From Carcharhinus amblyrhynchos (lineage: Eukaryota): a stretch of DNA of 64,000 nucleotides. Positions 37,125 through 50,075 of this stretch are shown one piece after another; positions within the stretch are counted from its first letter, which is position 1, and every line of letters begins with the position of its first letter. The DNA lies in contig OZ336886.1 in the NCBI GenBank assembly GCA_965287045.1, positions 40,052,001 through 40,116,000 on the forward strand. The letters run 5' to 3'. The position numbers and the translations under genes are program-made. A model generated the notes under the pieces. That model did no database searches. It was given only the letters and a program-made list of their open reading frames with translations, and was not told the origin of the DNA.

Positions 37125-38292
37125 GTTGTGCAGTGCAATAAACAGTAGAAGACACCAGTGGGATGCCAGAGCTCCAGGAGAATCAGGGGGCACAGGTAAG
37201 CATAGTGGCCATTACTAAGGAGAAGTTTCTGGGGAAACTGAAAGGTCTGAATGTGGATAAATCATCTGGACCAGATAGAACTACACCACAGGGTTCTAAA
37301 AGAGATAACTGAGGAAATTGTGGAGGCACTGGTGGTGATCTTTCAGGAACCACTGGAGGCAGGGAGGGTTCCAGAGGACTGGAATGTAAAATCGCTGTTT
37401 AAGAAGGGAGGGAGGCAGCAGACAGGAAATTATAGGCCAGTTACCCTGACTTCGGCCAATGGCAAGATTTTAGAGTCCATTCTTAAAGAAGAGATTGCAG
37501 AGTACTTGGAAGTGCATGATGAAGTAGAACTGAATCAGCATGGCTTTGTCAAGGGGCAATCATGTCTGACAAATCAGTTCTTTCAGGAGGTAACTAGGAA
37601 ATAGGACAGGTAGCACTGAGAACATGGGGGGGTGCTGCAGAAGGACTTGGACAGTTTATGAGAGTTTTCAAAGAAGTGGCAGATGTACAATGTGGAAAAG
37701 TATGAGGTTATGCACTTTGGAAGGAGGAATGGAGGCATAGTCTATTTTCTAAATGGGAAAATGCTTAGGAAATCAGAAACACAAAGTGACTTGACAGTCC
37801 TCGTTCAAGATTCTCTTAAGGTTAATGTGCAGATTCAGTTGGCAGTTAGGAAAGCAAATACAATGTTAGCATTCAAGTTGAGTGGGTGAGAACACAAGAG
37901 CAGGATGTACTTCTGAGGCTGTATAAGGCTCTGGTCAGACCCCATTTGGAGTACTGTGAGCAGTTTTGGGCCCCGTATCTAAGGAAGGATGTGCTGGCTT
38001 TGGAAAGGGTCCAGGGGAGATTCGCAAGAATCGGGATGAGATGAGGAGTAATTTCTTCAGCCAGAGTGTGGTGAATCTGTGGAATTCTTTGCAGCAGAAG
38101 GCTGTGGAAGCCAGGTCATTGAGTGTCTTTAAGACAGAGATAGATAGATTCTTGATTAATAAGGGGATCAGGGGTTAAGGGGAAAGGGGAGAAAAAGGGT
38201 ATGAGAAAAATATCAGCCATGATTGAATGGTGGAGCAGACTCGATGGGCCAATTGGCCTAATTCTGCTTCTGTGTCTTACGGTCTTATGGTA
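37125..38292 (+). mobile_element. CR1 LINE fragment with internal deletions
   Basis: ORF 37251 LHHRVLKEITEEIVEAL..VPEDW..FKKG..GNYRPVTLTS..QHGFVKGQSCLTN; 3' UTR ends tcttacggtcttatgg. Confidence 0.9.
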
Positions 38293-38294
38293 AA

Positions 38295-39630
38295 ATTGTC
38301 TCAGTGACAGGAAACAAAGGGTAATGGTTGATGGATGTTTTTATGAATGGAAAGTGATTTCCAATGGCACCCCACAGGGCTCAGTGTTGGATCCTTTGCT
38401 GTTTTGCTGTGTATATTAATGATTTGGACTTAAATGTAAGAGGCATGATTGGGAAATTTGCAGATCACACAAATAAAACAGCCGTGTAGTTAATAGTGAA
38501 GAGGATAACTGTTGTCTCCAGAATGATATCAATGGTTTGGTTAAGTGGATGGAAAAGTGGCAAATGGAATTCAATACAGACAAGCATCAGATTAAGTATT
38601 TTGAGAGCGCAAAGTAGGGAAATACTTTAAAACAGAAAGATATTGGAAGGGGTAGAGAAAGTGAGAAACCTTGGAGTGCATGTCCACATGTCCCTGAAGG
38701 AGACAGGACAAGCGGATAAAGTGGAAATGAAGGCATACGGAATGCTTTCTTTTATTGGATAACGAATAGATTACAAAAGCAGGGATGTAATGCTGGAACT
38801 ATATAAAACATTGGTTAGGCCAAAGCTGGAGTTCTGCATACAACATTACAGGAAGGACAGCATCTGGAGTGAATAAAGAGGAGATTTCTAAGAATGTTGC
38901 CAGGGCTTGAAAATTGCAGCTATGAGGAAAGATTGGGTATGATGGGGTTGTTTTCCTAAAACTAGCAGAGACTCAGGAGCGACTTGATTGAGGAGCACAA
39001 AATTATGAAGAGCCTAGAGACAGCGGCTAGGAATGCCTCGTTTTCCTTCAGGGAGAGGTTAATTTCCAGGAAGTTTATTTATTAGTCACAAGTAAGGCTT
39101 ACATAGCATTGCAATGAAGTTACAATGAAATTCCCCTATTCACCACAGTTCCCTATTGACCACTGTTCGGGTCAATGCATCTAACCAGCATGTCTTTCAG
39201 AATGTGGGAGGAAACTAGAGCACCCGGAGGAAACCCATGCAGACACAGGGAGAATGTGCAAACTCCACACAGTGACCCAAGCTGGGAATCAAACCCAGGT
39301 CCCTCGCGCTGTGAAGCAGCAGTGCTAACCACTATATTACCATGCCGCCCCATAAGATTATCGGTAGAGGAATTAAGGGGATATTTGGAAAAATCTTTTC
39401 ACCCAGAGGATATAGCAGGCGGTTGGAATTCACTGATTGAACTGGTGATCAGGAAAGATCACTGCAACTCTTTGAAAAGGTACTTAGATCTGCACCTGAA
39501 ATGATGTAACCTGCAAGGCTACAGATTGGGTGCTGGAAGATGGGATTAAAATGGGTGGCTAGTTTTTTTTCAGCAGGCACAGACACAATGGGCAGAATGA
39601 CCTCTTTCTGTGCTTAAACATTTGTATGGT
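38295..39630 (+). mobile_element. CR1 LINE 3' fragment interrupted by a V-SINE
   Basis: ggcaccccacagggctcagtgttggatcc (GVPQGSVLGP-like), aaatttgcagat (KFAD), LYKTLVRP motif. Confidence 0.85.
39071..39350 (-). mobile_element. V-SINE, alternative tail
   Basis: aagttttattattagtcacaagtaaggcttaca... tail and full head ending catgccgccc. Confidence 0.85.
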
Positions 39631-39873
39631 TTCCAATGGGTTGATAGGCTCTGACAGAAGGCGCTGTGAGAGATGGGAGTCCCTAAAATCAGATTAAATT
39701 ATATCTTGAAAGAATGTCTACATGTTGCAGCTTCTCAAGCCAGGCTTGAATTGAGTAGCGCACTCTCCGTGAGATCAAACCCAGCTTCTGACCAACACAA
39801 CGAAGTCTCACTCTCCAAAAGGAAGACAAGTGAATTGAAAGTGGGGAAAATCCCAACCTCTTTTTGCTGTTTC

Positions 39874-40037
39874 AGAATCATAGAATCCTTACATTGCAGA
39901 AGAAGGCCATTCAGCCCACTGACCCCGCACCTACAACAATCCTACCCAGACCCTATCGCTATAAGCCACGCATTTACCCTGCTAATTCCCCTGACACGCT
40001 GGGGCAATTTAGGATGGCCAATCCCTAGCCTGCAATT
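39874..40037 (-). mobile_element. V-SINE 3' fragment
   Basis: agaatcatagaatccttacattgcagaagaaggccattc...ggggcaatttaggatggccaatcc. Confidence 0.7.
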
Positions 40038-40621
40038 TTGAACACAACATTTATATAAATTTTTTTTTAAACTATGTCAATTGTGACAGAAAACATCTAG
40101 ATGTTGGGCAATTAAGAGATGTGCAAGATTGTCAACCAATTTTAGCTTATTGGATATTAAATGCTTAACTATTAGTGTTAATAAAGTTAAATTAGTAGTT
40201 TTTACTTATTAGCATAGTGACACTGCACACATCCTCCTTATGTTGGCAGCTTAATAGCGTACCAATATGACATAGTCCCACATATATAAACTGTTACAAG
40301 CAGAAAGATGGCACATTGTCAAAAATGATATCAGACTAACACATTATGTTGATGTTTGAAAACGTTGTGTATTCTAATCAATTTATCCTGTTGAAATAGT
40401 GAACACAATCAACATTTGGCTAGCACAGAAGCAGTTAAATAACATGAGTGTGTTTTCTATACTCTGTCCACCAGTCAGACTGTAGACCGTTCTAGTGCAC
40501 AGTGACACTGAGTGGCTTGAACTCTTCAGTGACTTAAAGGCAGGGAGGGAAATTGGATGAGAGTGTTTTCCCTTTCTTCTTTCAGCTGCAATGTTGATGA
40601 CTTGGCAATGCAGGGTTAGAT

Positions 40622-40810
40622 AAATAAAAACAAAATACTGCAGATGCTGGAATCTGAAACACAAACAGAAAATGCTGGAAAATCTCAGCAGGTCTGACAG
40701 CATCTGTGGAGAAAACGCAGCTAACGTTTTGGGTCAGGATGACCCTCTGTTGGGTCATCTAGACTTGAAATATCAGCTCTTTTTGCTCTCCACACTCGCT
40801 ATCAGACTTC
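40622..40810. mobile_element. Penelope-derived palindromic fragment (second family)
   Basis: gaaaatgctggaaaatctcagcaggtctgacagcatctgtggag...axis gaccctctgttgggtc...ctccacactcgctatcagac..ttccagcattttc; same terminus as 46415 and 58280-58356. Confidence 0.7.
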
Positions 40811-41031
40811 TGCAATCTTCCAGCATTTTCAGGATTAAAAAAAGCTCACCTCACAAAGCTAAGGGATTCCGACTGACAGCAAGTCTTAGGACTTAAATTT
40901 ACATTCTTCCAGTTGTAAATAGAGCACTCTCAAGAGTTTCAGCTTGTGAATGACAGAAGAAATTACTACTTTGTTGCACATATTACTAAACTGTTCCACC
41001 AGAAGTTATGCCAGGGGCTTGTTAAAAGTTA

Positions 41032-41037
41032 TTTATT
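41032..41037 (-). terminator. Candidate polyadenylation signal AATAAA of FAM204A
   Basis: tttatt on + strand, ~255 nt downstream of the stop codon in unique sequence; usage not shown. Confidence 0.5.
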
Positions 41038-41291
41038 GTGCGTAAAAATTTTCTTCCAATCTCCTTGACTGTGTTCATATTTTAGACACTGAAGGCTAAA
41101 TCACTCACAACCAGTTAATGTGCTGTTATGAAAGCAGTAGGGCACAGGCATTGTTATGTTCTTGTAAAGTGCTTCCAGATGATTCCCTTGAGATTGGATT
41201 GAGAGTGCAAGTACAGGTCAAGTGATTCAGCAGAGAATCCTACTTTCAACACATCTCAATGCCCACTTCATTTTCATATGGTGTCAAGACA

Positions 41292-41343
41292 TCACATATA
41301 GCCCATGTTGCTTTTTGTCTCCCATCTTCTCTTAGCTTCAAAT
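41292..41343 (-). CDS. FAM204A: FAM204A terminal coding exon (52 coding nt incl. TGA)
   Basis: Minus strand: ttttatcttttcttcattcaatccAG|A TTT GAA GCT AAG AGA AGA TGG GAG ACA AAA AGC AAC ATG GGC TAT ATG TGA = (G)FEAKRRWETKSNMGYM*, the highly conserved FAM204A end. Splice phase matches the upstream exon. Confidence 0.95.
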
Positions 41344-41855
41344 CTGGATTGAATGAAGAAAAGATAAAATGTGAAATTTTTATTTTATATTTTTATATGC
41401 ATTGAGTGATTTGCTGATTTTGGCTCATAGTGGATTGATTTATAGAAATAATTTTTAAAATAGAATTTTTCCCCACACTTCACACCGTCCACAATTGAGG
41501 AAATAGTCAAACCATCCCAAGTCCCCCACTGAGCTACAGGAAAACAGCAGACATGAAAACACATGAGATTGACTGAGGAATTATTTTGTTCCCTCCTCTT
41601 CTGCCCACCATGTACATGTTTACAATCTTCGCTTACCAAAGCAATACCAGCTCAGAATTGGAAGGCATGAGACAGAAATCACAATTAACAAATAGCAACT
41701 TTAAATTAAACAGTTTGAGGGTGGGGGTGAATGAGGGATCACATGAGGGGAGTTGTGGTAAATTGAAGGAAAAGGGCAAAGCAATACAACAAGGCACAAT
41801 AAGGGAATAACAATCAGAGTGCAGCAGGAAGGGACAAAGTGTACAAAAAAAGTGA

Positions 41856-42552
41856 TTGACGTGCCAGATCATCGACACGGATGCCATCATCTCACATGAG
41901 AACACCATCCACCAGGTACACTGTACATACTCTTGCAACCTGAAATGCAGGAAAGGATGTCCCGAGGCATGGTACATTGGGGTGACCATGTAAATGCTAT
42001 GACAATGGATGAATGAATATCGCTTGACAATCAGCAGGCAGGAGTGTTCTTCACTTCAGCAGTCACGGGCATTCAACCTCTGATCTCCAGGTAGGTGTTC
42101 CCAAGGCAGCCTTCACAATACATGACAACGCAGAATCGCTGAGCAGAAACTGACAGCTAAGTTCCGCACACGAGGACAGCTTCAATCAGGATCTTGGGTT
42201 CATGTCACACTATCTGTAACCCCCATGACTTGCCTGGGCTTGCAAAATCTCACTAGCTGTCCTGACTGGAGACAATACACACCTCTTTAATCTGTGTTTA
42301 ATTCTCTCTCCACTCACATTGTCTGTACCTTTAAGACTTGATTACCTGTAAAGACTTGCATTCCAACCATTATCTTGTAAATTGAGTTTGTGTCTATGTA
42401 TGCCCTGTTGGTGAACACAGCTCTTCACTCACCTGAAGAAGCAGTGACACTCCAAAAGCTTGTGCTACCAATTAAACCTGTTGGACTTTAACCTGGTGTT
42501 GTGAGACTTCTTACTGTGCTTACCCCAATCCAACACCAACATCTCCACATCA
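41856..42552 (+). mobile_element. Penelope-like element 3' part (GIY-YIG endonuclease plus terminal repeat with decayed hammerhead)
   Basis: TCQIIDTDAIISHENTIHQVHCTYSC..CRKGCPEAWYIG (GIY-YIG region); cac-CTGAAGA-agcagtgacactcc-AAAA-gc-tt-gtg at 42430-42464. Confidence 0.85.
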
Positions 42553-42823
42553 AAAAAAATGTGACAGCGGATAAGGCCAGAGTTTGCAATATAGTAAAAA
42601 GGTAGAACTAAAGGCTTTGGATTGGAATGCCTGTGGTACTCATAACACAACAGCTGAGTTGTCAGCACAAATAGAAATAAATATGTTGACTTGATAAGCC
42701 ATGACAGAGTAGTGGCTGCAAACTGATCAATATTGAGATCTGAATACTCAAGAGTACTTGATGTTTTGAAAGGACAGGAAGCTCAGAAAAGGGGAGGGAT
42801 TGTAGTGAATTAAGAATAACACT

Positions 42824-43459
42824 GGGCCGTTTCTTCCAATGGAATGACAATTGAGTCAGATTGTCACCCCACTCAAAAGCTCTTATCTTGAAATCCAGGA
42901 GATCTGATCTTGCTTCACCTTCCGACTCAGGCCAAGCAAGTTCTGGAAAGTGCAATGCGTTCTTGGGGCCTAGCACTGGGGGCTACAAATTCAAAAGTAA
43001 GTCGGCCATGCCTTTGTTTTTATACGACTAGCTGCCATGAGCCAGGTAAATTTAAAGGTCCAGCCAGGTTTAACATCTTTGATAAGGTAAGTGAGGAGGA
43101 TTTAGGGGATCAGGTCAGGTCAGGTCTTTGGGGAGAAGGGGGTGGGGGGCGGTGGTGGTCAGGGTAACTCCCATGGTGGTGTCGGTGTGGATCTGTACCA
43201 TAGCTACCCAGAAGCTAGAAATGGTTTTCATTCTTATAACTGCTTCTGGGTAACGACTGATTAAACATAGTCCTGAAGTCTTTTATTTAAATCTCATTTC
43301 TGGATGCTTCCCAGTGCAGGGCAATTGCACAAGAGAAGTCAGACCTTCTCAGGCAACTGTCATGTAAATCTTCCCTGGAAACCTCTGGGAGGGTTGTGCC
43401 ACTACATCTTTGTGCTGAACACCCTCAGAACAGTGCCTGGAACTTGGAAGTTATGACCC
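42824..43459. mobile_element. Harbinger-type MITE inserted in CR1 endonuclease
   Basis: TIRs gggccgtttcttccaa / ttggaagttatgaccc; flanks act/att; removal restores CR1 IKNN-ISTTVRGNL. Confidence 0.75.
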
Positions 43460-44026
43460 ATTAGTACAACAGTGAGAGGTAACCTCAGTTCTAAAGATTA
43501 AGATGAAGAATCAGTTTGCGGAGATGTAAGAAACAGCAAAGGGAAGAAGTTAATTTTGGGAGTGGTTTGAAGGCCCCCAACAATAACAACAGTATAGGAC
43601 ATAGTATACAGGAAGAAATAATGGCAGGGGCAAAGTAAGGTACTGCAATTATCATGGGTGATTTTAATTAGAAAGAGATGAGAGAAATCAGAAAGGCAAA
43701 GGCAGTTCATGAGAGTGTTTTTGGGACAATTTCTTAGAGCAGCATGTTCTACAACCAATCAGGGAGCAAGCTAGCCTAGACCTAGTGCAATGAGACAGGA
43801 TTAACTGAGATCTACAGGATTCTCAGGATGCTTGACATGGTAGATGCTGAGAGGTTGTTTCCCATTGTGGGATAGTCTAGGACCAGAAGGCATAATCTCA
43901 GAGTAAGAGATTAACCATTTAGGACAATGAGTAGGAATTTATTCTCAGAGAATAGTGAATCTATGGAATTCTTTACTGCAGACCACTGTAGAGGCTGGGT
44001 GGTTAAGTATGTTCAAGGTTGAGATA

Positions 44027-44118
44027 AAAAGAAGTCTCAAACTTAAACTTAAACTTTAAGCTGGTGTTGTGAGAGCTCTTTGTGCTTTTACCCCAGTCCA
44101 ACACCGGCATCTCCACAT
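44027..44118 (+). mobile_element. Short Penelope terminal fragment with TSD
   Basis: ctggtgttgtgagag..ccccagtccaacaccggcatctccacat flanked by caaggttgagata / caaggctgagata. Confidence 0.75.
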
Positions 44119-45264
44119 CAAGGCTGAGATAGACAGATTTTTAACCAGTTCAGGATTCAAGTATTATGGGGATAAGGCGGGAAAGTGGAGTTGAGGATTA
44201 CTACATCAGATCTCATTGGGTGGCAGAGTAGATTTGATGGGACAAATGGCCTACTTTTCCTCCTATTCCTTATGGTAAATAGCAAATGTAATTCCTTTAT
44301 TCATGAAAGGGGACAGAAAGCAAGAAACTGCAGGTCAGCTACCTTAACATCTATCATAGGGAAAATGTTAAATCCATTAAGGAGGTTATATAGCAGGGCA
44401 CTCAGAAAAATCTTATTGTAATTAGGCAGAATCAACATGACTTTGTGGAAGAGAAATCATGTTTGACTGGTTTATTTGAGTTCTTTGAGGAAGTGTAATG
44501 TGGATAAATGGGAATCTGTAGATTTAGTGTGCTTGGATTTCTAAAAGGTGTTTGATAAGGTGCTGAATCAAGGGTTACTTTGCAAAGTAAGAGCACACGG
44601 TACACAAAGTAAAACATTATCATGGACAGAGGATAGGTTAGTTAATAGGAAGCAGAGAGTGAGAATATATGAGTCATGTTTGGGTTGACAAGTTGTAACC
44701 ACTGGAGTACCGTAAGGATCGGTGCTGGATCCTTAAGTATTTACATAAAGATAGGTAGGAAAGTAAAGTGTGAGGAGGACATGAGGACAAAGGATTTAGA
44801 TAAGTTGGGCAAGTCGGGGAAAAAATCCAGATGGAGTAAAATGTGAATCCATCCACTTTGGCAGGAAGAACAAAAAAGCAATATATTATTTAAGTAAAGA
44901 AAGATCGTAAAACTTGGTGGTACAAAGGATTTGGGTGTCCTGGTCCATGAATAACAGGAAGTTAGTATGCAGATACAGCAAGTGATTAGGGAGACAAATC
45001 GAATGTTGTCATTTATTGAAAAAGGAATGCGATAGAAAAGTAGGGAAATTTTGCCACAGAGTGTTGTGTGTTAGTGAGACCACATCTGGAGTACTGTGTA
45101 CAGTTTTGGTCTCCTTAATTGAAAAAGGATTTAATAGCATTAGCAGCCTTTCAGAGAAGGTTCACTCAATTGATTCTTGTGATAAGGGAATTATTTAATG
45201 AGAAAAAGATGTATCTATTAGAGTTTAGAAGAATGAGAGGTGCTCTTAGTAAAACATGTATATT

Positions 45265-45979
45265 AAAAGGAGTATAATATGAAGGGTAGGACTCTTAGCA
45301 GTGTAGAGGATCAGGAGGACCTTGGGGTCCGCGTCCATAGGACTCTTAAAATGGCCTCGCAGGTGGAGGATGTGGTCAAGAAGGCATACGGTGTGCTAGC
45401 CTTCATTAATCGAGGGATTGAGTTTTAGAGTCGGGAGATAATGCTGAAGCTTTATAAGACCCTTGTCAGACCCCACTTGGAGTACTGTGCACAGTTCTGG
45501 TCGCCTCACTACAAGAAGGATGTGGAAGCTACTGAAAGGGTGTAGAGGAGATTTACAAGGATGTTGCCTGGATTGGGTGGCATGCCTTATGAGAATAGGT
45601 TGAGGGAGCTAGGTCTTTTCTCCCTGGAGAGACGAAGAATGAGAGGTGACCTGATAGAGGTTTATAAGATGTTGAGACGTATAGATAGGGTGGATTCTCG
45701 GAGGCTATTTCCCAGGGCTGAAATGGTTGCTACAAGAGACACAGGTTTAAGGTGCTGGGAGTAAGTACAGAGGAGATGTCAGGGGTAAGTTTTTCACTCA
45801 GAGGGTGGTGAGTGGAATTGGCTGCCGTCAGTGGTGGTGGAGGCGAACTCGTTGGGGTCTTTCTGAATGAGTACATTGGATTTAATGGGACTGAGGGTTA
45901 TAGGTAGGCCTGGTAGGTAGGGATATGATCGGCGCAACTTGTGGGCTGAAGGGCCTGTTTGTGCTGTAGTGTTCTATGT
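45265..45979 (+). mobile_element. Young CR1 3' fragment nested in older CR1
   Basis: Near-intact RPHLEYCAQFWSPHYKKDV..RRFTRMLPG..RLRELGLFSLERRRMRGDLIEVYKM; tail gtgttctatgt. Confidence 0.9.
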
Positions 45980-46414
45980 CAGATTCTGAGGGAAATTGAC
46001 AGAGTGAATGCTTCCCTTTGTGTGAGAGACTGGAACTAGGTGACACAGTTTAAAAATAAGGGGTCTTCCATTGGATATGAGAGGTTTATTGGTCTGTGGA
46101 AGAGCAGTGAAGGCTGGTCAATGAATATTTTAAAGGCTAAGTTTGATAGATTCTTCATGGACAAAATAGTTGAGGGGTGTAGGGGGTATACAGGAAAATA
46201 GAGCTAAGGCCAAAATCAGATCTGCCATGATTTTATCAAATGGTAGCGCAGGCTTGAAGGGCCAAATGGCCTACTCCTATTCCTAATTTGTGTTTGAACA
46301 TTTGTATGTTCACCAACCATAGGCAAGTTGTGTATTCCAGTGTGTTGCACCACCTAACCATCAATGAATAATAGTTTGCAGACGAGAAATACTATGAGCA
46401 GGCCAAATGTTTTA

Positions 46415-47330
46415 TCAAAACAAAAACAGAACGTGCTGGAAAAACTCAGTAGGTCTGGCAGCATCTGTGGGGAGAGAAACAGAGTTAATGTTTTGAGTCC
46501 AATAAGACTTTAGGTAGAAACGTGATGGGTTCAATATTGTAAAAAGAGGGGAAAGATCAGATGGAACAAAAGGGAAGGTTACGGTAGTTTAGAGGGTGGG
46601 GAGATTAAACAACAAAGACATCATGGAACAAAAGGCAAAGGGATGGTAATAGTAGCAGTAAAGAAGTAAAGCCTTAGTCCAGAGTAGGTGTTAAAAGCAG
46701 AATAAAGGTCAGCGCTGTCTGAAAGTAAAACATGGTAATAAGATATAAACTGGTATGAGGGGGAAAATATACAAAAATGGAGGACAGAGTTTATGGTCTG
46801 AAGCTGTTAAACTCAGTGACGAGTCTGGAGTCCCTAATCAGAAGAAGAGGTGCTGTTCCTTCAGGTAGCATTGGGCTTCATTCAAACATTGCAGCACACA
46901 AAGGACAAAAAAAATTGATAGTAAGCTGGCAAATTAAAATGGCAAATGATCTGAAGGTCAGGGTCATGCTTGTGGACTGAGATGAGGTGTTTCGTGAAGC
47001 GGTCACCCAGTTTGCATTTGGTGTCCCCGACGTAGAGGAGACCGAATTGCGAATACATAGGCTAAATTGGAAGAAGTACAAGCAAATTGCTGCTTCAGTT
47101 GGGAGGAGTGTTTGGAACTTTGGACAATGAAGAGAGAGAAGGCTAAAGGGCAGGTGTTATCCCTCCTGCACTTACATAAGAAGATGCTATGGGAGGTGTT
47201 GGGATGATAGAGAAGTGCACCAAGGTATTGTGGAGGAGATGGTTCCTTCTGAATGCTGACAAGTATTCTGACAGGAGAATGGGAGGGTAGACGTGTTTTG
47301 CAAACCGTTCTATCCAGTTGCGGCACCTTA
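46415..47330 (-). mobile_element. Penelope-like element 3' part (GIY-YIG)
   Basis: CKCRRDNTCP..FACTSSNLAY..; terminus matches 40622 and 58280. Confidence 0.8.
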
Positions 47331-48467
47331 TGATTATCAACACGTTTTTCTGAAAGAATTCTGAAGACACAGCAGATTATGATTTCTGGTCGTTGTTCCC
47401 ACTGGAACTGGTCTAGTCACTGATCTTTCTGCAGTGTCTGCCATTTGATTTATGATGTCAGTGCACTGCCCCCATTGAATCCACACCCATAATGTGCACA
47501 GCTGGGAAATAAACTACTGGCATGTCAAATTTCAATGTTTTTCCCAGCACCAAAGCTCTAATATTTCCTTGACTTTGTGTGTACATCAGGGGAATAATGT
47601 AAGTGGGAAGAAAATGCTTCCATTGTGGATGATGGGTCAGTTGTTTTTTCAAGAGGTCACTGACTGGAAAGATTTCAACAGGGACAGGAACAGGAAGGTG
47701 AATGATATAAAGAGTTACTATACACAGGAATGACCTTCAATGGTGTTAATGTACAGGGATGATGCTATGCTCGTAGTATATATCTCATTTTGATTTTCAT
47801 GTGCCGTTATATTTCAGTGATTTTTGTTTCAAGTTCACATGCAGTAAGTAGCACCAAGTTCTGAAAAGAACCATTTTTTAAGTTGCCTACTTCATTTTTA
47901 ACACGCTCTTCTGGCATGTGGCATGTGTTTCTCACCTTGAAACTGTTTCATGATACAAGTTCGCTGCAGAGATTGGGTGGAAACAAAGGGTCACAATGGG
48001 AGGCACCTTCATTCGACAACTCAGTGCAAGCACAAATAAAAATTTACCCAGGAATACTGCTTTTCTCTCACCCTTTCGCTGCCAACGGGACTCATAGGTA
48101 ATATTCCGGCATGTTGAACAGCTAACAGCCTGGCTGACAGCTAACACAGTTCATAATATGTTATTAAACAAATTATAACATTAGCCTCCATGGTGATTTA
48201 AATTTATGACAAGTGAGGTGTGAGGCAAACACCTTAAGGGTCTCTCTGCAATTTGTTAAAACAAAAGCAAGCGATAAATCTCATTAGTTCTCATTAACAT
48301 AACATGGAATCACTGAAATAACCTTCATTAATTCACTTCTGAAACAAGTCGTACCATATACTGCACACTATCATATTTGACAATAATTCAGATTTTCCTC
48401 TTAAAATAATTGTTAGGCTAATAGTGTTGCTGTTATTTATGTAAAGATAGTACAGTAATTTCAGGCA

Positions 48468-48790
48468 TGAAGGATGGCACAATGGTGCAGTGGTTAGCGC
48501 TGCTGACTCACAGTGCCAGGGTCCTGGGCTCAATTCCGGCTTGGGTGACTGTGTGGAACTTGCACATTCTCCTTGTATCTGTGTGGGTTTCCTCCGGCTG
48601 CTCCAGTTTCCTCCCACAGTCCAAAGATGTGTGGGTTAGGTGGATTGGCCATGCTAAATTGCATCCTAGTATCAGGGGGTTTAGATAGGGTAAATGCATG
48701 GGGTTATGGGGATAGGGCCTGGGTGGGATTGTGGTTTGTGCAGTCTCGATGGGCCAAATGTCCTCCTTCTGCACTGCAGGATTCTAAGAG
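48468..48790 (+). mobile_element. HE1/V-SINE, CR1-type tail
   Basis: Full head, V core ggttaggtggattggccatgctaaattg, tail. Confidence 0.9.
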
Positions 48791-50075
48791 CACAGGCATG
48801 GTTAAACTTCAACACTCAAAGGTTGTGGGCTGAATTGGACCGTTCAGCTGTTAGCTCCATGAAAATTGCATCTCGATGTCAGGTTTACCATTGGAACAGA
48901 CTGAAGTTGTGGTTATTTCTGCAGCAGATGTGAATTAAACTCACCATAGGAAGTTCAGTCTTGTCCATTCCTGTCTAAGTACCTTCCCTTAACAATGCGA
49001 TTAGTGTTAATTACTCCCAAATAATGTCTCTAGCACTGAAAGTTAACTGTTATGTGTCGAGAGTTTAATTGTTGGCAATTTTATAAATGTAAGATAGTTT
49101 TTTTTAAACCTTATTCTTTGTTTTATTTTCTCTTTCGCTTAATTCAATCTTTCTTCCCTCTCTTTAATTCTTCTGCTCTGCTTGATTTGACATCGAGTTC
49201 ATCCACACTAATTTATACTTTCTCCTCAGTCTTTGAACTATTAATTTTACAATCTTTCAGCCAAGTTAAGGAGAGGTGCAATTGCTAGCCTTGTTCACTC
49301 AGGTGTCCTGCTTTCAATGCTGGGCCAGACCTACGTCATCCTTTCAGCAGCAACCTATGCAAAAAATTTAAAACTTAAACATGCAAGAATAAATATAATT
49401 TATCTTTATAGCTGTCTGATGATCTACTCCAGCAAATTATAGCTTAATATCCTATTCTTGGGTGATGCCATACACATTACTTTGCAATCTTTGCATCTTG
49501 TATGACCACAAGCACAGCTTCTGATTTCATATCATTTCTATCTTGGGGAGGGAGCTAACATGTGGGAGAGGGAAGTTGGGTCATCAATAATTTAGTGGCA
49601 AGGGATGAGAGCCGGGATTGGTTCTTACGTGTCTCAAGATGAGCTCTGAGAAGGGGTATGAGGAAGTAGAAGAGAAAGTAAAGAAAAATGCAGCTCAAGT
49701 CAAAGTCATGGCATAACTTCTGGCCAGTTTGGAGAAGAAAGGAAAAGGCAGAGACTACTGAGCAGATGTATCAATTTTCATGGCAAAGAAGTTTATGAAC
49801 TTTTTGCACTTGTCATTGGAGGCTGATAGTGAGAGGGGCTTTGTTTATCATGCATTTTGGGATGATCCTGGAACAATGAGACATTTTGATAGAAAACAGC
49901 AGAGCCGATAATGCTTCTTATGTCTAGGTAGATCCGGCGATGAATGTCTAAACCAGTTGTGCATCAGATATGTTCATGACTCTGCACCTTGGATTTGAGG
50001 GAGGGGAGAGGAAGGACGAGGGATGGTGTGGAACAAGCAAGGTTTTACTGGGAATAAAGCCATCAAAAGCAAAGA

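Larger units (their letters stand above)
42555..46310 (+). mobile_element. Composite CR1 remnant (endonuclease to 3' UTR) with multiple nested insertions
   Basis: AMTE*WL, RKGEG, IIMGDFN endonuclease motifs; LDF*KVFDKV; 3' UTR at 46240-46310; interrupted at 42824, ~43810, 44027 and ~45265. Confidence 0.8.
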
